A stretch of 64,000 nt of DNA. It comes from an uncultured virus (IMG/VR IMGVR_UViG_3300022867_000010). Taxonomy: Duplodnaviria > Heunggongvirae > Uroviricota > Caudoviricetes. A program made the translations under genes and the position numbers. Within the stretch, counting starts at the first letter, position 1, and the number at the start of each line of letters is the position of its first letter. The stretch is from IMG/VR virus record IMGVR_UViG_3300022867_000010; one strand, 5' to 3'. The notes beneath the pieces were generated by a model, which was not told the origin of the DNA, searched no databases, and saw only the letters and a list, made by a program, of their open reading frames with translations. This document shows, in pieces, positions 37,917 to 48,799 of the stretch.

Positions 37917-40900
37917 ATAATGCGATTGTTCGGAATTCCTTAATTTGAGGAACCTTAGCAGAATTGTTACTTGTCAAGACGATCTTTAATTGTATCGCGC
38001 TGAATACGGAAGCAAAGGAATCACCTGCCGCAAGGCCTGAAACATCCTGTGCAGCAACTCCATTTTCGAAATCATATTCAATTTCAGTAAAGAGAGAAGC
38101 ATCATCATTGGCCAAGGGAGCTCCACCAAGAGGATAAGCTCGAATCCATGGTTGTTCATTGAAGATCAAAGTGTCTTCTTCATCAACTCTATAATACAAA
38201 TCGATGTTAGTTCCTAATGGACGATTAACTACCATCCAAGCCTTAAAACCATTAGCACTTTGTTCGAAAGTTATCTTTCTTGTCATGTATCGACTTAATG
38301 CTGAGTTATCTGTAGGGTTTAATTCGTCAATGTATCTAGAAGTTGTACCATCAAGCTCTTTGTAAACTCGATCATTGACACCTACAGTATACGAGTCTTC
38401 ATCGACTGGTTGATTAATTCGGTTGTTGACTGTAATTACAGACATACGTTCTTTGTCCAATACTGGAGACAAGTTAGAATTAACAGAAGTCATGACACCT
38501 TTAAGATAAAAACTTCTTGCATTTCCTACGGGTTGATTATTAGTATGAGGTATAACCTGTGGAGTTGTTTCTACTAAACTGGTATTTTCTAATAATCCTA
38601 TATACGATGTAGCAGGATTATAAGGTTTTGCAGATTCACTAGAAGATTTCTTCTCCCAAGCAATAGCCGTGTTAGGCAAAATAATTGACTGTATTTGTGT
38701 CTGCATCAATTCGAATTTTCTATTCTCTGTTGCATTCACAACAATGCCGCCACCTGTTGCGGTAGAAGTTGCAGCACTGCCTGGTACGATAACATAAAAA
38801 TCAGGTTCAACTTTTGATATTACATGATCACCATTTATTGTTAATCCACCCGTTGCAGTCGCCCCTGTTATAGAAACAGTATCGCCGATATTCATTCCGT
38901 GGTTTCTGTGTGATACTCTAACATCGGTTTTTGTGTTAACTGCTTCGATAGGGTCTTTGCCCAACAATTTAGCAGGTACTTCCTTGTTTACCAAAGTAAC
39001 AAGTCCGGTTGCCGAAGTGTCGAATGCAGCACGATATATCGTGAATTTTAAATCCTTAAATTGATCTGAATGCCATGCGGTCCCGTTGGCAGATTTAAAT
39101 AATACACCAAGGGCAGGTTGCTTTGCAATACGGTAATTAGCATTCGTAACGTCAAATTTACCTAGTTCTGATACCCATGCTTCATATTCTGTATTGTCTG
39201 CTTTCAGTACAAGGGCGTATTCAATACCGTCCTTTAAATAAACAGGGTCATTAAAGGTAAAAGTTGTTGGAGTTACTGCCGTTTCAGAAACACTAACGTC
39301 TGCAGAAGTCAATGAAGCTTCGGCAATTATTTCTGCTGTAGGATAACCATTCACAACTGTTCTAATTTGCGCCAACACAACACTAGTAGTTGTTGCCGAT
39401 TTAGTTTTAAAGAAGGCGTCGATCATCGTAACAAAAGCACCTCCAACTTCATTTATTATAAATGTTTGTGCCAATGGATCTCTACCACCGCCACCGCCAC
39501 CGCCACCGAAAGTTTGTATATTCTGACTACTAATAGATCTGTTGACTGTAACAATAGTTCGATTTTGAGAAATTTCAGTTTCTTCGAATGTTGGCACCTT
39601 AGTACTTATTACAGTACCTTCAACCGCCTTTAATAATCCTTGTGCAGCATAAGAATTACTTGCCGTAGAAGATTCAAACTCATCGTTGTTGTCAGCTTCG
39701 TCTGTTAATTTAACTTCGCGCTGGCCTGTTTTAAAAGTATGTGTCGTATTTGAAGGTACGATAAATGAACCCCAAATTTCGCCATCAGCACTTGTAATTA
39801 ACTCTGTTGTAGTCTCTGGATGGCTTGTAAATCCTTTATACGAAGTATCGATATTAGAACCATTTGCCTGACCTGCATTCCAAGTAGCATAAGTAGAAGA
39901 AGATTCATTTTTTGCATAGTCAGTAAGATCAATGCCGTCAAAATACAAATACATAGTTGTGCTAGGTTTTAGTCGGTTAGCATAAAAGAAAACCTTTCTT
40001 GATCTCATAAAAGGAATAAAGTTTATATTAACAACTTTATCACCAAGATCTTTTTCAACCGTTTCATGACTAATATTAGTCCGAATACCTGTATTGGTTT
40101 GTCGACTGGTTGTTGTGTTAGTAGTCGTAGTTGTAAGTGCATTTTGGTTACGAGTTGTTCGACTATTAGAATCAGTACCCGCCCAAGTTGTTTGCCAAGC
40201 ATTCCATTCTGTACCAAGCACACCTGCTTTATCAGCAAGAAATTTCATAGCATCATAAACACCAGTCTCATTAATAACTACCTGAGGTCTAGTTTCTGTG
40301 TCTATCCAATCATCTGTTGCTGGTGATAATTTTAGATTACCTGCATAATCAAATACCAAATAAGGCATCAGATTTTCTACACCAGAAGCGTATGGTTGTG
40401 TAATTGAAGCAACCATACCAGTTAAATCTGCTCTGCCTGATGTAGTAATAGTATTATCGTAAGGCAGTGTTATAATAGTCTCATGTTGCTTGATACCTGC
40501 AATATTGCTTGATACATCAACCTTCAACGAAATTGCATCTTGGTGAAAGTGAGGACGAAGTATTCCTTCTTGAATGTCCATTGCAATTTTATAATCTGTG
40601 CTGGTAACGTCTCCTACACTATGACCGTTGAAGTTATCTACAACAAAGCCATTTTTAAATCGTTCCACACCGGAAGCATCCAGAGTAGAAGCAGACAATA
40701 CACTCTGCTCTAATAATGACAAGGTTGTGTAATACTCTAGATTTTTTACGCGTTTGTCCAATTTGCCAATATCACTCATAGTGTATCGACGATTGTTAAT
40801 GATTCGTGGACGAACATCAGATAAAGCGCCTGTGTATGGAGCAATGTCTAATTCGTATAGAGTCATTGAATCTTCATTTGATTGTGGCGATTTTGGATCA

Positions 40901-43119
40901 ATTGCTGATTCACCACGAACCACACCAAATTCTCCATTATCCTTGAGAAACAACTTATCTTTTCGTGCAAGATAGATGTTGAAATCCATGATAGTAATTT
41001 GCCCAGGTGCAGCAACACTGCCTGGACTAACAAACGCTGTTCCAGCTTCGTTGATCGTAGGACGAAAGTCTATAACGTCATGTAATGAGAAAAGACCCTT
41101 CGAAGATTCATATGATGGAATCTCGTCCCAAGTAATTTCCGATATACCTGCGTATGATGCAACAGTGAAGAAATCACCCGCGCCATGAGAGAAGTAATCA
41201 AAAACGATTGTGATGCCTGCCGTGGGTGCAGGTGCACCATATTTTAATCGAATACGACCAACATCATAGAAGTTATCTCTTTGTCCATTATCAAGACTGT
41301 AACGTTCAGTAATATCTTGACCACCCATTGTAACACTCTTCAATTGATAAATGTCTGTTTTTGAGAGCGAATCATGTGAACCTGCCACAAGATTAGGAGA
41401 AGCGATAGTTAATGACGAATCTACAACCATAGACTTAGTCTTAGGAGTTGCGACCGCGGCTTGTACTGCAACATCGATGTATAGAATATAAGTTTCTGCT
41501 GCAACACTGCCATCCGTAAATGTAATGCCTTGATTTCCGCCAGTAAAAGCAGAAGTATAATTAACAATATCACCTGTTGCTGTGTTACATAACACCGCCG
41601 CGGCTTTGTTAGTAAACAATTCGTTTGCACCCGATGTGCTGAATGAAACACTTGTTCCAGCAGAACCAGTTCCTGTAAACGTTTTGCTTAGGTAAGTAGT
41701 TGTTGTATTAACATCAATTGATTCAATATTACTATACGCTAATGGAAACAAAGCAATATTATTTCCGCTGTCATTAAGAATACCTGCATTCGCACCTAAA
41801 GTAGCAAGGAATGGAAATGTGCCAGAATGTTTAATAAACCCTATGTCACTTTTAAGTTGACCCGCATTCATTTTAATATCGAAAAGATAAAGATTGTATA
41901 CACCAGAGACACCTGTGTATTCCATATTTCGAATTCGTGCAGAGCCGATGTTTGCGTTATTTGCCGCGTTATGTAATTCGACAGGAACAAGACTTAAAAC
42001 GTGATTAATGTTACCGCTCATTGCAGTGGTGGTAACATAATTACCGTATAGAATTGGCGTTGCGGAGTTTCCTACAGCAGATATATCTGCCGCTGATCTT
42101 GATCTATCGATATCAATATAAGTTGGAGAAATTGTTTCAATGCGAGTACCGTTAACATATGCAACCGAAGGTTCAAGTACAGTCTGTAGTTTAGCCGCGT
42201 CAGATGGATGATCTCTCATTGATATTTGAAAAGGTCGTAATGTATAATTACCAGATTCTTCAAATGTTCGCGTTGCAAGAATTTTTAGTAATTCGTTATA
42301 TTCTGTGCCACGAGCTTCCAAGAGCAATGCTCCGTTTTCTATGTGCGCCAATTGAATGAATTTGTTTTCGGTACGACTCGCCTCATCTACTGGTTGGGTT
42401 TTTAATACCAAAGTTATGTTGTATCTGTGAGCACCAGGTGCTGCTTGATTGGGAGAATTTGTAGCGTTATCTCCAAGAGTTGCATCTTCAGCAATAGTAA
42501 TAACCGCTTCTGTTATAGCAAGAACAACTTTGATTGTTGGTACGTTTGAATATTTACCCACGACAACTGTTTGAGCACCCGAGTGTACAAAGTTACCATT
42601 GACAAAATATATTCCAGGTAATATATCATAGGTCGAAGCTTTACCAATTGGCGTTGTCGCGGCAGCACCAATCGTTGCTGCAACTCCACCTGTGATTGCA
42701 AGAACTTCATCTGCAATGAATAATTTTGCACCAGCAGAACCTGAAGTTGTATATTGAATATAGATTGTGTCTGGGTCAGAACCTGCAGCAGCAGTAGTTG
42801 TGATAACTTTCGCGGTAACACCAGTTCCAGCACCAGTAACTACGCTTCCTGCAACAATTGTTGCAAATGCGCCAGTTGTTACGGTGATTTTTGCGTAGTG
42901 GACATTTGTATCGAAAGTCGGGTCACCCCCTATTACTCTAGTTCCGTCTTTAAATACATGCTCTCCAAATCGAGCGACTTGATTTTGAAGTACGGTTTGT
43001 AATTGCGTTAACTCTCGGCCCTGCACAGCATGACCTGGGCGAAACAACATCCGAAGATAATTTTTAGTTTCGTCAAAATCATCATTATAAGGTGCTTGCG
43101 TATAGGTTCTTAATGTCAT
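37909..43119 (-). CDS. Large virion structural protein (DUF4815/VrlC-like, 1736 aa)
   Basis: PYNDDFD..KNY.R.LFRPG.AVQ.RELTQLQ, APGAHR, DNGQRDNFYD, RRYTM.DIG.L..R..NLEYYT.LSLLE, RFKNGF.VD.F, DPLAQTF. Confidence 0.85.
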   Translation of the reverse strand: MTLRTYTQAPYNDDFDETKNYLRMLFRPGHAVQGRELTQLQTVLQNQVARFGEHVFKDGTRVIGGDPTFDTNVHYAKITVTTGAFATIVAGSVVTGAGTGVTAKVITTTAAAGSDPDTIYIQYTTSGSAGAKLFIADEVLAITGGVAATIGAAATTPIGKASTYDILPGIYFVNGNFVHSGAQTVVVGKYSNVPTIKVVLAITEAVITIAEDATLGDNATNSPNQAAPGAHRYNITLVLKTQPVDEASRTENKFIQLAHIENGALLLEARGTEYNELLKILATRTFEESGNYTLRPFQISMRDHPSDAAKLQTVLEPSVAYVNGTRIETISPTYIDIDRSRSAADISAVGNSATPILYGNYVTTTAMSGNINHVLSLVPVELHNAANNANIGSARIRNMEYTGVSGVYNLYLFDIKMNAGQLKSDIGFIKHSGTFPFLATLGANAGILNDSGNNIALFPLAYSNIESIDVNTTTTYLSKTFTGTGSAGTSVSFSTSGANELFTNKAAAVLCNTATGDIVNYTSAFTGGNQGITFTDGSVAAETYILYIDVAVQAAVATPKTKSMVVDSSLTIASPNLVAGSHDSLSKTDIYQLKSVTMGGQDITERYSLDNGQRDNFYDVGRIRLKYGAPAPTAGITIVFDYFSHGAGDFFTVASYAGISEITWDEIPSYESSKGLFSLHDVIDFRPTINEAGTAFVSPGSVAAPGQITIMDFNIYLARKDKLFLKDNGEFGVVRGESAIDPKSPQSNEDSMTLYELDIAPYTGALSDVRPRIINNRRYTMSDIGKLDKRVKNLEYYTTLSLLEQSVLSASTLDASGVERFKNGFVVDNFNGHSVGDVTSTDYKIAMDIQEGILRPHFHQDAISLKVDVSSNIAGIKQHETIITLPYDNTITTSGRADLTGMVASITQPYASGVENLMPYLVFDYAGNLKLSPATDDWIDTETRPQVVINETGVYDAMKFLADKAGVLGTEWNAWQTTWAGTDSNSRTTRNQNALTTTTTNTTTSRQTNTGIRTNISHETVEKDLGDKVVNINFIPFMRSRKVFFYANRLKPSTTMYLYFDGIDLTDYAKNESSSTYATWNAGQANGSNIDTSYKGFTSHPETTTELITSADGEIWGSFIVPSNTTHTFKTGQREVKLTDEADNNDEFESSTASNSYAAQGLLKAVEGTVISTKVPTFEETEISQNRTIVTVNRSISSQNIQTFGGGGGGGGRDPLAQTFIINEVGGAFVTMIDAFFKTKSATTTSVVLAQIRTVVNGYPTAEIIAEASLTSADVSVSETAVTPTTFTFNDPVYLKDGIEYALVLKADNTEYEAWVSELGKFDVTNANYRIAKQPALGVLFKSANGTAWHSDQFKDLKFTIYRAAFDTSATGLVTLVNKEVPAKLLGKDPIEAVNTKTDVRVSHRNHGMNIGDTVSITGATATGGLTINGDHVISKVEPDFYVIVPGSAATSTATGGGIVVNATENRKFELMQTQIQSIILPNTAIAWEKKSSSESAKPYNPATSYIGLLENTSLVETTPQVIPHTNNQPVGNARSFYLKGVMTSVNSNLSPVLDKERMSVITVNNRINQPVDEDSYTVGVNDRVYKELDGTTSRYIDELNPTDNSALSRYMTRKITFEQSANGFKAWMVVNRPLGTNIDLYYRVDEEDTLIFNEQPWIRAYPLGGAPLANDDASLFTEIEYDFENGVAAQDVSGLAAGDSFASVFSAIQLKIVLTSNNSAKVPQIKEFRTIALFG

Positions 43120-43131
43120 TTTGGAATATTC

Positions 43132-44541
43132 CTAGAATTCAATTATGATTTTTACATCTTCAATTTGGGTAGTCGATCTGTTGACTGGGTCTCGATTTTC
43201 GATAAACAGAATATCTCCTGTGAATCTTTCATATTCTTCTGCCACAAGACTATTTATCGTGCCTGCGCCAGCACCGGCAGTACCAGTACCTACCAACTTG
43301 GTAGTTGTCTCTGCTTGAAATGGTACCCAACCTGTCTTAAAGTTTTGGTGATACTTAATAACATTGGTTGCTGTGTTTACCGAATCGATAAACGCAATAG
43401 CTCCACTTGTATCACCTGTTATAACGTCACCCTTCACATAAACACTTGCATCTGCAACGTTTAGTGATTTAAGGCCAGAAAGTGTAGTGTCTGTTGCAAT
43501 AACATCTGTCCCTTGATTCAATGGATTCTGAATTATTCCGACCTGACGAAAAGCATTGTCAGTGATAAAGTCACCCGAGCCGTCACCGTATGTTAACTGT
43601 ACATTAGTTGACATATAGAAAGCACCTAGATTTGCAACAGGATCTGAACCATGACCTTTACCTGGACTTAATACTGCTCTTGCCGTAGCAACGGTGCCTG
43701 TATGTCCTGTATGAGTTATAGCAACATTTGCCTGTTCGTAATTGGCGCCGCGATTAGCAACTTGAACTTGAATTTCTGTAATGACACCTGCAGTAATTGT
43801 AACATCGTCTGTAGCAACGGCCGAAACTACACTTGCCCCTGACCCGTTGCCCGTGATTGTAACTGCCAATCCTGTAAAATCGTAATCTGTTCCACCATCA
43901 ACTACTACGATTCTATAAATCGACCCGTTGTTATTAGTTTCTGCCGCTTCTTGTGCATCCCATTGAGTTTTATCATCGGGAACACCTGCCAAATCAACAC
44001 CGTTGTTAGCACTAACGACCGTTTTTACAGGCATATAGTTTGTTGTGAGGAATTTATTTGCATCCGAGGCTTGTAGTGTATACATATACTTCCAAGTATA
44101 ACCATCAGATTCTTTTACAGCATATGAAGTCTGAACATGAACTGGTTTAGTAACAACACCGGCCGACGCAGCTGTTACATTAACACAAGCATAGACTTTG
44201 AATTGATCTGTGACGCAATACCATGCTTTATCATAAATGTCAGCATCTTGGTCATCATAAGGAACAAATATTCCGCCAGATACCCAATTGTGTCGTGCAT
44301 TAACGTGAGATATGTCACCAGTGATGATCTTTTTCATTGCGATCATGTTATCATGCACATCAGACTCTTCGTTGAGCGTGTCTAACGGCGTTGCAGGGTC
44401 GGCGACATCGGTTGTGTCGGTATAAGTATCCGACCATGCGTCTGACTTACCTATGTAGATGTAAGTTTTTCCAAGGTCGACCTGAGTTTTAAAATTGGCA
44501 GCGTTAGCAATTCTAAATTTGTTGGTTACTATAGCTGGCAT
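43132..44541 (-). CDS. 8: Baseplate wedge subunit (gp8)
   Basis: MPAIVT.KFRI.NA..F, DGY.WKYMY, GHGSD, FRQVGII.NP, G.IL..ENR.P..R...Q.ED.K.IIEF. Confidence 0.88.
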   Translation of the reverse strand: MPAIVTNKFRIANAANFKTQVDLGKTYIYIGKSDAWSDTYTDTTDVADPATPLDTLNEESDVHDNMIAMKKIITGDISHVNARHNWVSGGIFVPYDDQDADIYDKAWYCVTDQFKVYACVNVTAASAGVVTKPVHVQTSYAVKESDGYTWKYMYTLQASDANKFLTTNYMPVKTVVSANNGVDLAGVPDDKTQWDAQEAAETNNNGSIYRIVVVDGGTDYDFTGLAVTITGNGSGASVVSAVATDDVTITAGVITEIQVQVANRGANYEQANVAITHTGHTGTVATARAVLSPGKGHGSDPVANLGAFYMSTNVQLTYGDGSGDFITDNAFRQVGIIQNPLNQGTDVIATDTTLSGLKSLNVADASVYVKGDVITGDTSGAIAFIDSVNTATNVIKYHQNFKTGWVPFQAETTTKLVGTGTAGAGAGTINSLVAEEYERFTGDILFIENRDPVNRSTTQIEDVKIIIEF

Positions 44542-44550
44542 TGTGTTCCT

Positions 44551-46449
44551 CTATAATTCATTAGTTAATTTAAGTTCTATGTCTGACAACAATGTGCCGT
44601 CGTATGTGTGTCCAAAAAATGCATTAGTTCCCGAATCATAACTAAACAATTCCGTACTAACATTCGATTTTATTACAGTATCTTCGTTAGTTTCTAATTC
44701 TTCAAAGGTCAAATCTTCGTAAGCATGAAGAGCGGTTGTATCGTAAAAGTGCAACAAATCAACCCAATTTTCACTTCTTCTCTCTTTGTAACTTCTACTA
44801 TTTTTGATCTCTAACTCTAGTTCAAAAAAGAATTCGGCGACCCTGTCTACCCTACCAGTTATAGTTATAATTGGGTCAAGAACCCTTGTATAACCACTTC
44901 CCCCGTTTGTAATATTTATACCAGATAGTCGACGGGATGAGTCTAAAACTGCATTACCTGTTGCAAGAGTTGCACCAGTAATACCAGAAGGAGAAAATGT
45001 TATAGTAGGTGTTACATTACTTGGATATTTATAACCCGAAGAAACGTCTACTGATTTTATCTGGCCTGTCAGAGCATTTGTAGTTATAGAAGTTGTGGTG
45101 TTCGTGGTTGTGTAACCAGCACCAGCCGTTGCCATACTAATATATGCAACACCTGCCGCTGTAACACCCGAGGGTATAATCTGACCTCTACTGTTGAGTG
45201 TGACAACTGCTGCTGCACCTGTTCCATCACCCGTAACTGCTATTATTGGTGCAACTGTATAACCTAATCCTAGATCTTCTATTTCAATATATGATACATT
45301 AGTACCAGAAAGAATAGTCGTGCCCACCTGTGCCGATCTATGTATTTGTATCGCAAAATTCGCATTGCTTAAACTTATAAACTTGTGAATTTTATGTACT
45401 AAATCTTCCGCCCCTATCAATCCAGGCTGAAGTAGTGGCATCATAGAGTTTCGTTGTTGAAGATATATCAGTATTAATATCTCACCAAAGAACTTAAATC
45501 CTGCAGGGTGAATCAATTTGTTGAATGCATTTTCCCAGTACGATACGTTAGTACCTGTCCGGATTAGATATGAAAACTTCTGATAAAAGAAAGAATCTTG
45601 AAGTTTCTTATAATCAGACAAGAATCCACTATTGTCGATGAATTTACCCGAGGTAAACTCCGACCCATCTACAACACCCTCGGCATTAAACGTTTCTTTA
45701 TACGAAGATGCATCTTGGTCCCAGCGGCCGTCGGATGGTATAAGCATATCGTTGGCGGGATACTTAATTTCTACGTTGTCTCCAATAAGAATCTTGAAGA
45801 ACACCGCGATTGATTCCTCAGAACCACGTTCTCTATAGAATTGAGTTATATTCTTATATAACAACTTCTTATCTGTTTGAAGTTCGCGAGGTATAGTTGC
45901 TGCAATTTCTTTTTGAATAAACTTAAGATAAGAATTTTGAATAGTATCAATATCTCGTTCTTCAAGTAGGGTATCAATTGCGTGGGTGGGATTGTCACCA
46001 ACGTATCTAATAACATTGGTAACTAGCTTCAATTGTTTTAATTCGTATCCAATAAGATCGTCGTGGTTAATATTAAACAGAACACCATATGTTACTAAAG
46101 GCGTTGTTAAGGCATCGGGTAAATCATCCGTACCGCCAACGTAATTTGTAGCTGGCATTGATATTTCAACACCATTATTATCATATAAAGTAAATGTATT
46201 GTTTGTGCTATAGAAGTAATCGTTGGCGTCTGCTTTAAATATGACATGGTTATTAACAACTGTTGCATAATAAGTCTGTGCCGCAAGATTATACGAATGG
46301 CCAAACAGATTCATGAAATCGTAATATGCATCCATCATTGTTATCAGCAATGCAGAGTCTTCTCTCAACTCTAATGGAATCATTCCTTCTATACGAACAC
46401 TTTCCTTGGTTTTACGTCTAGCAGAAGCTACTGTTTCGATTACACTCAT
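44551..46449 (-). CDS. Baseplate wedge protein (gp7-like)
   Basis: LYK.I..FY..RGS.ES...FF.IL, LQDS.FYQ.FSY.I, HPAGFK.FGE; between gp6 and gp8. Confidence 0.75.
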   Translation of the reverse strand: MSVIETVASARRKTKESVRIEGMIPLELREDSALLITMMDAYYDFMNLFGHSYNLAAQTYYATVVNNHVIFKADANDYFYSTNNTFTLYDNNGVEISMPATNYVGGTDDLPDALTTPLVTYGVLFNINHDDLIGYELKQLKLVTNVIRYVGDNPTHAIDTLLEERDIDTIQNSYLKFIQKEIAATIPRELQTDKKLLYKNITQFYRERGSEESIAVFFKILIGDNVEIKYPANDMLIPSDGRWDQDASSYKETFNAEGVVDGSEFTSGKFIDNSGFLSDYKKLQDSFFYQKFSYLIRTGTNVSYWENAFNKLIHPAGFKFFGEILILIYLQQRNSMMPLLQPGLIGAEDLVHKIHKFISLSNANFAIQIHRSAQVGTTILSGTNVSYIEIEDLGLGYTVAPIIAVTGDGTGAAAVVTLNSRGQIIPSGVTAAGVAYISMATAGAGYTTTNTTTSITTNALTGQIKSVDVSSGYKYPSNVTPTITFSPSGITGATLATGNAVLDSSRRLSGINITNGGSGYTRVLDPIITITGRVDRVAEFFFELELEIKNSRSYKERRSENWVDLLHFYDTTALHAYEDLTFEELETNEDTVIKSNVSTELFSYDSGTNAFFGHTYDGTLLSDIELKLTNEL

Positions 46450-46451
46450 TA

Positions 46452-48311
46452 TTAATGTCTCGAAGTTGTCTCGTAATTAATGGCACCGGCAGAACCAGCA
46501 GTCGCAATTGTATCTACTTCGCCGTTAACTGAAACACTCAATAAATCAATTTCAATTAGTTGATTGCGTTTTGGCGCAATATCATACGAGTTAGGAGTTA
46601 CTGTTACTTTAATTACGGTTGCATTGTCTGGAGTAAAATTACTTAATAACACCACTCCAGTTACAGGGTTCATGTTACCCGCCTCTGCTATAACCGTGAT
46701 TTTCTCGTTGCTTCCACCCAATTTGTAGACGTATACTGTTCGGCTTGTGGAATCGGTAATCGGCTTGTCTCCAAAATAATGATTGACACCATCTATTAGA
46801 AAGGCACTTGACGACAAAGTTTGTTCGGCCGAATCAGAAACATAAGTAGGAGCGGAATAATTCAACGTAATAGAATTGGTAACACCAGCATTTGGAGTAA
46901 CATTTTTGTACATAAATACGCGAACATTAGAATTCAATATGCCGCTATCACTTGTGTCAATGTTATTGAGAAGTTTGGAGTGTCTTAGCACGCCATCAAA
47001 ACGTCTTAACTCTGTGAGATTATATTCAGTTATCTTTTGTATAGCCAAGGCCTGCAATTCTGCTTGTGTTCTGTCCGTCAGATTGGGATTATACTTAAAG
47101 AATACTTCAAGTGATATGTAGGTATATTCAGGGTCGAGAAATACAGGAGTTATTGATACAACATTCTTACCCTTCAATATCGAGGTAACATCGAGCTTTG
47201 CCTGGGCAGATAAGAAACTGCCTGACTTTGGTTTGATTGATATGTAGACTTTGCCATAATCTGGAGGATCACTATTTTCACCGCCCCAGGTTGATATAGC
47301 TTCAATGTCGCCATATTCCTTAACAAGAATTGCACGATAATCGTCTGCAGTTACAGCACGATTCTGTGTAATGAAAGTCAAAGGTGCGTTGAATCTAATC
47401 GAATCCAAATCTTCCCTATCGTCACCGCCAATAGATAAAGCGCCTACCGTAGAAGTGGTCACTACTACATTTGTGTTACCTTCGATATTTGATGTGAAGG
47501 TATAGGGTGCGGTTGCGTCTTTGCCAGCGCCATTTCCTGCTACACCAGAGGAGTGTATATATTCAATTTCTACGATATTATTCGACACCAATTTATTACC
47601 GATAATACCGTCACCAAAATAGATTTCGTAATAACCACTATTGTTTTCTTGTAGAAAGAATATGTTAGAATTTCCGTCTGGACTTACAAATGACGTAAAC
47701 TGTTTGTATATCTTATAACTTTCCGCTTCTTGATTTTCTCGTACTCGAACTATCATTGTGGTAGTGTCGATGTTATTATCTGGAATATCGAATCTTTGAT
47801 TGCTTGTGCTATTATCAACACGGTCCTTAACGGTTTTAAATACACCCTGTTTTATCACAACATCGCTGAAGGTGAATGTATTTGTAGAAGATAGAGTTAC
47901 TGTTTTAGAATCCGTGACAATGAATGGATATTCAACACCGTCAATTATTGAGGATAAAGCAGAGCCGCGAGACAAAGTTAAGGTAGTTGGTGGTGCGCCA
48001 ATCGGGGTAGGAACACTTATGTCAACAACAGCAGTAGCGCCCAGGGTTGACCTAGGAATATATCCCAATAGTTTACCATGAGATACCACGTTGCCCCGAA
48101 TCTGTGCAGAATCAAGGAATGCTTCGTTAACCGTGAAGTGAGCATTCAATGCGTTGTAGTGTGTATTATAAGCAAGTAGATCTAAAAAGATACTCATGCC
48201 CGAACCATCAAAGTTATAGTCGTTAAACTTTGATTGACTCTCTAGATACGATTTTAAGTTGGTGCGTATCTTGTCAAAATCTAATTCTGTGGCGTTTAAT
48301 TGTGTTGCCAT
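46452..48311 (-). CDS. 6: Baseplate wedge subunit (gp6)
   Basis: ELDFD.I..NLK, F.DY.FDGSG...LD.LAYNTHY, QNRAVT..DY, WGGE..PP.YGKV. Confidence 0.96.
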   Translation of the reverse strand: MATQLNATELDFDKIRTNLKSYLESQSKFNDYNFDGSGMSIFLDLLAYNTHYNALNAHFTVNEAFLDSAQIRGNVVSHGKLLGYIPRSTLGATAVVDISVPTPIGAPPTTLTLSRGSALSSIIDGVEYPFIVTDSKTVTLSSTNTFTFSDVVIKQGVFKTVKDRVDNSTSNQRFDIPDNNIDTTTMIVRVRENQEAESYKIYKQFTSFVSPDGNSNIFFLQENNSGYYEIYFGDGIIGNKLVSNNIVEIEYIHSSGVAGNGAGKDATAPYTFTSNIEGNTNVVVTTSTVGALSIGGDDREDLDSIRFNAPLTFITQNRAVTADDYRAILVKEYGDIEAISTWGGENSDPPDYGKVYISIKPKSGSFLSAQAKLDVTSILKGKNVVSITPVFLDPEYTYISLEVFFKYNPNLTDRTQAELQALAIQKITEYNLTELRRFDGVLRHSKLLNNIDTSDSGILNSNVRVFMYKNVTPNAGVTNSITLNYSAPTYVSDSAEQTLSSSAFLIDGVNHYFGDKPITDSTSRTVYVYKLGGSNEKITVIAEAGNMNPVTGVVLLSNFTPDNATVIKVTVTPNSYDIAPKRNQLIEIDLLSVSVNGEVDTIATAGSAGAINYETTSRH

Positions 48312-48755
48312 TTATCTTACCCTGTCCAAATAAAAGTCTATGCTAACGTCTTCTTCTAGGTTAACAACTGAGAAATTGAGAGAAACAAACAGTGAATTAT
48401 TTTCTTCTTGATTTGTTATCTGTATATAGTTAACGCTTACTCGAGGTTCGTATTTTGTGAGTACTCTCATCATTTCTTGTTTTATAGAACCTATAGTTAC
48501 GTTGTCTGCAGGTTCAAATAAGAGATCACGAACACCCGAACCTAACCATGGCTGAAACAATCGTTCTTGCTTTGAGGTTAATATCAAATTCTTTACTGAT
48601 TGTTTAACCGCGTCTAAATCCAACAATGGGAGTATATCACCATGGGCCGGATTCTGTTTCAGACTTAAGTCTAGATCGGAATAACCCTTTGATCGTGATA
48701 CGATACGGGATTTTTCGCCGAGTATACTCTTGTCGCTTAATATTTCTGTAGACAT
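48312..48755 (-). CDS. 25: Baseplate wedge subunit (gp25)
   Basis: YSDLDL, AVK.SV.NL.LT...ER.FQP..GS.V..LLFE, YEPRV; late promoter at 48761-48768. Confidence 0.95.
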   Translation of the reverse strand: MSTEILSDKSILGEKSRIVSRSKGYSDLDLSLKQNPAHGDILPLLDLDAVKQSVKNLILTSKQERLFQPWLGSGVRDLLFEPADNVTIGSIKQEMMRVLTKYEPRVSVNYIQITNQEENNSLFVSLNFSVVNLEEDVSIDFYLDRVR

Positions 48756-48799
48756 ATGTTTATTTATACCCTATCTATGAAAGAATATCAGTATTTGTT